Assembly (NCBI GenBank): GCA_963700295.1
Contig: CAVOWY010000005.1
Coordinates: 17,405 to 81,404 of the forward strand
Length of the DNA: 64,000 nucleotides
Origin: an uncultured Actinomycetes bacterium
GTDB taxonomy: Bacteria; Actinomycetota; Coriobacteriia; Anaerosomatales; Anaerosomataceae
Reading direction: 5' to 3'
Part shown: piece by piece, positions 59,553-64,000 of the stretch
Layout of the letters: the number at the start of each line of letters is the position of its first letter
Position numbering within the stretch: position 1 is the first letter of the stretch
Program-made: the position numbers and the translations under genes
The notes under the pieces: generated by a model
What the model saw: the letters and a program-made list of their open reading frames with translations, nothing else
What the model was told of the DNA's origin: nothing
Database searches by the model: none

Positions 59553-61214
59553 GTGCGGCTGCAGCCGCTTGCTGTGACTGCGGCGCTGGTGGCCGCAGTG
59601 GTCGTGCTGACGGCGCCAGCGGCGGCCTATGGCGCGTTCGCCGAGCAGGTGGCGAGACTGCACGCGTACGATGCGGCAACCAACGACTTCTACGGGCACG
59701 TAGTGGACATCGATGGCGACACGGCGGTGGTGGGTTCCCCCTGGGATGACTCGGAGCGAGGATCCGTCTACGTCTACACGCGCAGTGCTGCCGGATGGGC
59801 GTTCCAGCAGAAGCTGACAGCGCCGGTTCGCGCCGTGGGGGATCACTTTGGCTTCTCCGCGGCGGTGTCCGGCGACGTGGTCGTGGTAGGCGCACCAGGG
59901 CGAACGGTCAGCGCCCAGGGCGCCGCGGGATCAATCTACATCTACCGACGTGTCGGAGGTATCTGGCAGGCCCCCACCATCGTGAACAACCCGGCTGCGC
60001 AGGCAGGCGAGCACTACGGGTGGTCGGTCGACATCGACGGCACCACGATGGTTGTCGGGGAGCCCGAATCGAGCGGCACCATCTACGGACCACATCACGG
60101 CTTCGCGCGAGTGTACGGATGGAACGGGGCGTCCTGGGCGCTGCAGGCGGGCCTCGAGGACACCGAGGTGGATGGCTCCGGTGCGCTTCTCGGCTGGGAT
60201 GTCGCCGTATCAGGCACCACTGTGATCACCGGCTGTCCGGCCGAGGACTCGGGCCGGGAATCCGTGAGTGTGTGGGGTTGGAACGGCGCGACCTGGATTT
60301 ACAAGCAGAAGCTGCAGGTTGCGGGCGGAGCGGCGAGCGACCAGTTCGGACAGTCGGTCGACATCTCGGGCAACACGCTCGTGGGCGGTGCGCCAGGACG
60401 AGACCTGATGACCGGGATGGATGCTGGCGCGGCGTACGTGTACGTGAACCCCGGAGACGCATGGGAGTGGCAGGCGTCGCTCATCTCCCCGGACCCGAGC
60501 GAGTACAAGGGCTTTGGTTCGGGCGTGGGCATCGATGGCAACACGCTCGCGATCGGCGAGTGGCAGGGCTCGGCGGGTGCTGGTGCAGCGCATTTCTACC
60601 GGCGAAGCGGCACACTCTGGCCACGCGTGCAGTCCACGGACATGTCGGCGGCCGATCCGGCGGTGCGCATGTTCGGCTGCTCGACCGCGGTGAGTAACGG
60701 CACGATCATCATCGGCTCGTACCTGGCCAGCAGCGCCACGGTGACCGAGCCGGGTGGCGCCTTCATCTACTCGCACCTTGAGCCCGTCTATCGCTTCTAC
60801 AAGCCGAGTGGGGGCACGCACTTCTACACCCCGTCGACCGAGGAGCGCGACCACGTGCTGGCCACCTGGCCGAGCATCTTCTCCTACGAAGGGGTCGTGT
60901 ACAAGACGAATCCCGAGAACAACCCGCAGCCGCTCTACCGCTTCTTCAATCACACGAACGGCAGTCACTTCTACACGGCGTCGCTCGTTGAGGCGGATCA
61001 TGTGATTGCCACATGGCCGAGTGTCTTCACGTACGAGGGGCAGACGTACGCGGTCACTCCGTGGCCGTGCGCCGGGCCGACCGTGTACCGCTTCTACAAC
61101 CTGAAGAACGGCAGTCACTTCTACACAGCCTCTGCCGAAGAGGCCGACATGGTTATCGCAACGTGGCCGACGGTGTACCGTTACGAGGGGCCAGTATTCT
61201 GGCTTGGGCAGTAG
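59553..61214 (+). CDS. Paralogous secreted FG-GAP-repeat protein with three C-terminal YRFYN repeats
   Basis: Same architecture as the preceding gene; start approximate. Confidence 0.7.
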   Translation: MRLQPLAVTAALVAAVVVLTAPAAAYGAFAEQVARLHAYDAATNDFYGHVVDIDGDTAVVGSPWDDSERGSVYVYTRSAAGWAFQQKLTAPVRAVGDHFGFSAAVSGDVVVVGAPGRTVSAQGAAGSIYIYRRVGGIWQAPTIVNNPAAQAGEHYGWSVDIDGTTMVVGEPESSGTIYGPHHGFARVYGWNGASWALQAGLEDTEVDGSGALLGWDVAVSGTTVITGCPAEDSGRESVSVWGWNGATWIYKQKLQVAGGAASDQFGQSVDISGNTLVGGAPGRDLMTGMDAGAAYVYVNPGDAWEWQASLISPDPSEYKGFGSGVGIDGNTLAIGEWQGSAGAGAAHFYRRSGTLWPRVQSTDMSAADPAVRMFGCSTAVSNGTIIIGSYLASSATVTEPGGAFIYSHLEPVYRFYKPSGGTHFYTPSTEERDHVLATWPSIFSYEGVVYKTNPENNPQPLYRFFNHTNGSHFYTASLVEADHVIATWPSVFTYEGQTYAVTPWPCAGPTVYRFYNLKNGSHFYTASAEEADMVIATWPTVYRYEGPVFWLGQ

Positions 61215-61252
61215 GGGTGCGGGCGGGGAGCTCGCTCGGAGGGAGTCGTGGC

Positions 61253-63274
61253 ATGAGACGTCATTGGGTGACCCGGTGTGTAACGATCGCGACCGGAGCG
61301 CTGGTGCTTGCCACGGTGGTGCCGCTTGCGGTGCCGACCGCGATGGCCGGTTCGGCTCCATTCGCGGTCGACGAGGACATCATCTACGCGCCAACGCCTG
61401 TGGATCAGGAGCACTTCGGAAGCGCGGTTGCGCTCGACGGCGACACGCTCGTGGTGGGCGTGCCCGATCACGACTCTCTCGCAGGGCCTCAGGACATCGG
61501 CGTCGCGTACGTCTACGTGAAGTCGGGCACCGACTGGGTCCTCCAGGCCACGCTCCAGCAGCCCTCTCCGGGTGACGGCGACAAGTTCGGCACCGCAGTA
61601 GGGATTTCGGGCAACCGCATCGTCGTGGGTGCGCCATATCGCACCACCGCCCACGGGGAGTGCGGTGCAGCCTATGTCTTCACGCGCACCGGCACCGCAT
61701 GGTCTGCCGCAGTCTCGCTTCCGATGGAACTCGAGCAAGACGGCGACCAGGCCGGGCAGTCGGTGGACATCGAGGGCGACACCGTCGTGGTGGGCTGTCC
61801 GGGGCGCGGCAGCTCGCGCGGGGCGGTCCGCCCGATTGTGTGGAACGGCAGCAGCTGGGACTCGGGCGGGGGCATCACGCTCACAGACCCCACCTCGGCC
61901 ACGGGAGACCGCCTCGGCACGTGCGTGTCGCTCTCGGGCAACACGGTGCTTGCATCCGCGGGTGGTGACGATGTGGGCACGGTGGCGGCGATCGTGGACG
62001 CGGGCAGCGTGCTGTCGTTCACGCGCAGCGGCACGACGTGGTCGTTCGAGCAGAAGTGGCAGGCGCCCACGCCGGTAGCCGACGAGCAGTTCGGCGGCCC
62101 GATCGACCTGCAGGCGAACGGCTACGTGGCTGTCGTCGGCTCGCCCGCTCATGACGTAGGTACCGAGAACGAGCAGGGCATCGCGTACGTGTACGCGCGC
62201 GGCACGAGCGGTTGGGTGCTCACCGCCACGCTCGACAACCCCGGCCCCAACTCGCCGGACGGCGACTGGTTCGGCTCGGCGGTGGCCTTCGACGGTCACA
62301 ACCTGATCCTCATCGGCGCCTTCTGGGACGACAGCCACACCGGCGCGGCGTACTACTTCCAGTACCGCGAGGGCGAGTGGGTGATGGCGCAGAAAGTGAC
62401 GCCGCCTGTGGTCCCGTGTTGCGCGCTCTTTGGTGACTCGGCGGCACTCGACGGCGGCATCGCGATGGTCGGTGCGACGCTGGCGTCTACAGGTTGAAGC
62501 GGCCAGCAGGGCGCAGTTTACGCCTACAACAGCAACGCGACGATCACCGGCACCTGCTACGACGCGCTGACGGGGCTCCCGCTCTCGGGCGTGGAGGTCT
62601 CGGCATACTACCCCGACGTGTGGGGAGACCCGGAACTCGAGCAGTACGTCACCACAGGCGCTGACGGCAGGTACACGCTCACGGTCGACTCAGGCGAGTA
62701 CTACCTCGGCACGATGGGGCCAAGCTCGCTCTACCAGGCTGGCTGGTACAACCACGCGAGCGGCTGGACGGATGCCGACCCCTGGACGTTCTGGGCGGGC
62801 ACGAGCACCACGATCGACTTCACCATCCACCGGAAGGCGCCGGTCTTCCGGTTCTTCAACAAGCTCAACAACACGCATTTCTTCACCGACTCGATCGCCG
62901 AGCGCGACCACGTGATCGCGACCTGGCCGGGTGTGTACGACTACGAGGGCATCGCCTACTACACAAGCCCGAATACCGACCTGCAGCCGCTGTACCGCTT
63001 CTACAACACGCGATCGAGCAGCCACTTCTACACGGCGTCGGCCGACGAGCGGAATCGTGTGATCGCAACGTGGCCGACCATCTTCAACTACGACGGTCCC
63101 ACCTATCGCGTCTCGGCGGCACCGGACTACGGGAGGTCTCCTGTCTACCGCTTCTACAACGTGCGAAATGGCAGCCACTTCTACACGGCGAGTCTCGATG
63201 AAGCGAACCACGTGATCGTCACGTGGCCAGACGTGTACCAGTTCGAGGGCCCGGCATTCTGGATCGGACAGTAA
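61253..63274 (+). CDS. Paralogous secreted FG-GAP-repeat protein with an in-frame TGA at 62495-62497 and four C-terminal repeats
   Basis: RBS GGAGGGAG. ORFs 61013-62497 and 62591-63274 are in the same frame, separated only by the TGA. Confidence 0.6.
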
Positions 63275-63325
63275 GGAAGACGGCACGCCCCGGGGAGGAG
63301 GCGTGCCACGGGGGAGGTGGCAGCG

Positions 63326-64000
63326 ATGCCGCACGTTCGATGCTCTTCCTCGGCGCTGGCCGTCGTGCTCGCGTTCGCGTTGGCGGTGGGTCCGCTACCC
63401 GCACACGCGGCGCCCGTTGAGACGCCTCCTCCCGTTCAGTTCACGGCCCGGGTGTTCGCCGCTGACAGCCCGACCGACGAGGACTTCGGCTACTCGGTGG
63501 CGATCGACGGGAACACTGCGGTGGTGGGCTCGCCGGGCTACAACGGGAAGGGCGCCGTCTTCGTCTATGAGTATGTGAGCGGACTGTGGACGTTCAGCGA
63601 GGAGCTGCCGGCGGATTCGGGCGTCGGTGACCGTTTCGGCCACTCGGTGGACATCGATGGCGACCTTATAGTCGTGGGCATGCCGTACGGGAACTCGAGC
63701 GCGGCGGACGACACGGGTGCGGCCATCGTGTACGAGCGTGGTTTGGCGGGGTGGGTGTACCTGACCGAACTGGCTCCCGAGCCCAGCTCGGTCGGCGACC
63801 GCTTCGGCTGGTCGGTTGCCATTTCGGGGAACCGGGCAGTCGTGGGCTCGCCCAAGGACGACCAGATGGCCACCGATTCAGGTGCGATCTACATCTTTAC
63901 GAGGACCGAACCCGCCTCTGTCAAGTACATGTCCTCGGCCGCCGAGGGGGGCGCGGAGTATGGCACGTCGGTCGACCTTGATGGCGACTCCATCATCGTG
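63326..64000 (+). CDS. Fifth paralogous secreted FG-GAP-repeat protein (partial, runs off the window)
   Basis: RBS GGGGGAGG, signal peptide, FGYSVAIDGNTAVVGSP.. repeats. Confidence 0.7.
   Translation, partial: MPHVRCSSSALAVVLAFALAVGPLPAHAAPVETPPPVQFTARVFAADSPTDEDFGYSVAIDGNTAVVGSPGYNGKGAVFVYEYVSGLWTFSEELPADSGVGDRFGHSVDIDGDLIVVGMPYGNSSAADDTGAAIVYERGLAGWVYLTELAPEPSSVGDRFGWSVAISGNRAVVGSPKDDQMATDSGAIYIFTRTEPASVKYMSSAAEGGAEYGTSVDLDGDSIIV

Noticed and set aside
50557-62497. Selenocysteine at the in-frame TGAs of the ABC permease (50557) and FG-GAP protein (62495)
   Set aside because: Neither position corresponds to a conserved Cys, and both genes carry other lesions. More likely errors or pseudogenes. 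They remain listed as findings for read-level checking.
57102-63274. DNA-level repeats (recurring ctctaccgcttctacaac... units) considered as a CRISPR or other repeat array
   Set aside because: They are in-frame copies of the protein-level YRFYN repeat inside paralogous genes. There are no spacer-like unique intervening units and no cas genes.

Overview
This 64 kb window is high-GC (roughly 68-70%) chromosomal DNA from an Actinobacteria-like anaerobe; the fhaA-fhaB-pstP-rodA-pbpA-pknB cell-division cluster is present at 17.8-24.8 kb. No transposases, integrases, CRISPR arrays or rRNA genes were seen. Contents in order: a kdp potassium-uptake operon (kdpB partial, kdpA, kdpF, kdpE, truncated kdpD); a hybrid histidine kinase followed by three single-domain receiver genes and a 7-heme c-type cytochrome; tRNA-Arg(CCT); a Tat-signal DUF362 protein with a NapH-like polyferredoxin and a TusA-like gene; the cell-division cluster with a single-ORF RodA-PbpA and a second Ser/Thr kinase; tRNA-Leu(CAG); a flotillin-like SPFH protein; a HemN-like radical SAM gene; sufCD; larBC; a GGDEF gene; pheA; and a redox cluster at 44-54 kb with two 2-hydroxyacyl-CoA-dehydratase-family (HGD-D/DCCP-like) proteins, an HgdC-type ATPase activator, a thioredoxin-like protein, an ArsP-like CxC permease, an ABC transporter, a MerB homolog and an FTR-catalytic-subunit-like protein. 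The window ends with a tandem array of five secreted BNR / FG-GAP beta-propeller proteins carrying C-terminal YRFYN...SHFYT repeats. The main finding is two in-frame TGA codons that align with catalytic or redox cysteines: the CxxC position of the thioredoxin-like protein and Cys159/160 of MerB. Each is followed 11-15 nt downstream by a stem-loop, consistent with selenocysteine recoding, which would make these a UxxC thioredoxin-like selenoprotein and a Sec-containing MerB-like lyase inside a DCCP/HgdC reductase locus. The sequence also carries many apparent frameshifts and in-frame stops concentrated in particular genes (pknB, sufC, larC, GGDEF, pheA, the ABC permease, the repeat proteins). 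These are either real pseudogenes or assembly indel errors and need read-level checking. Long antisense ORFs in the supplied track are GC artefacts.
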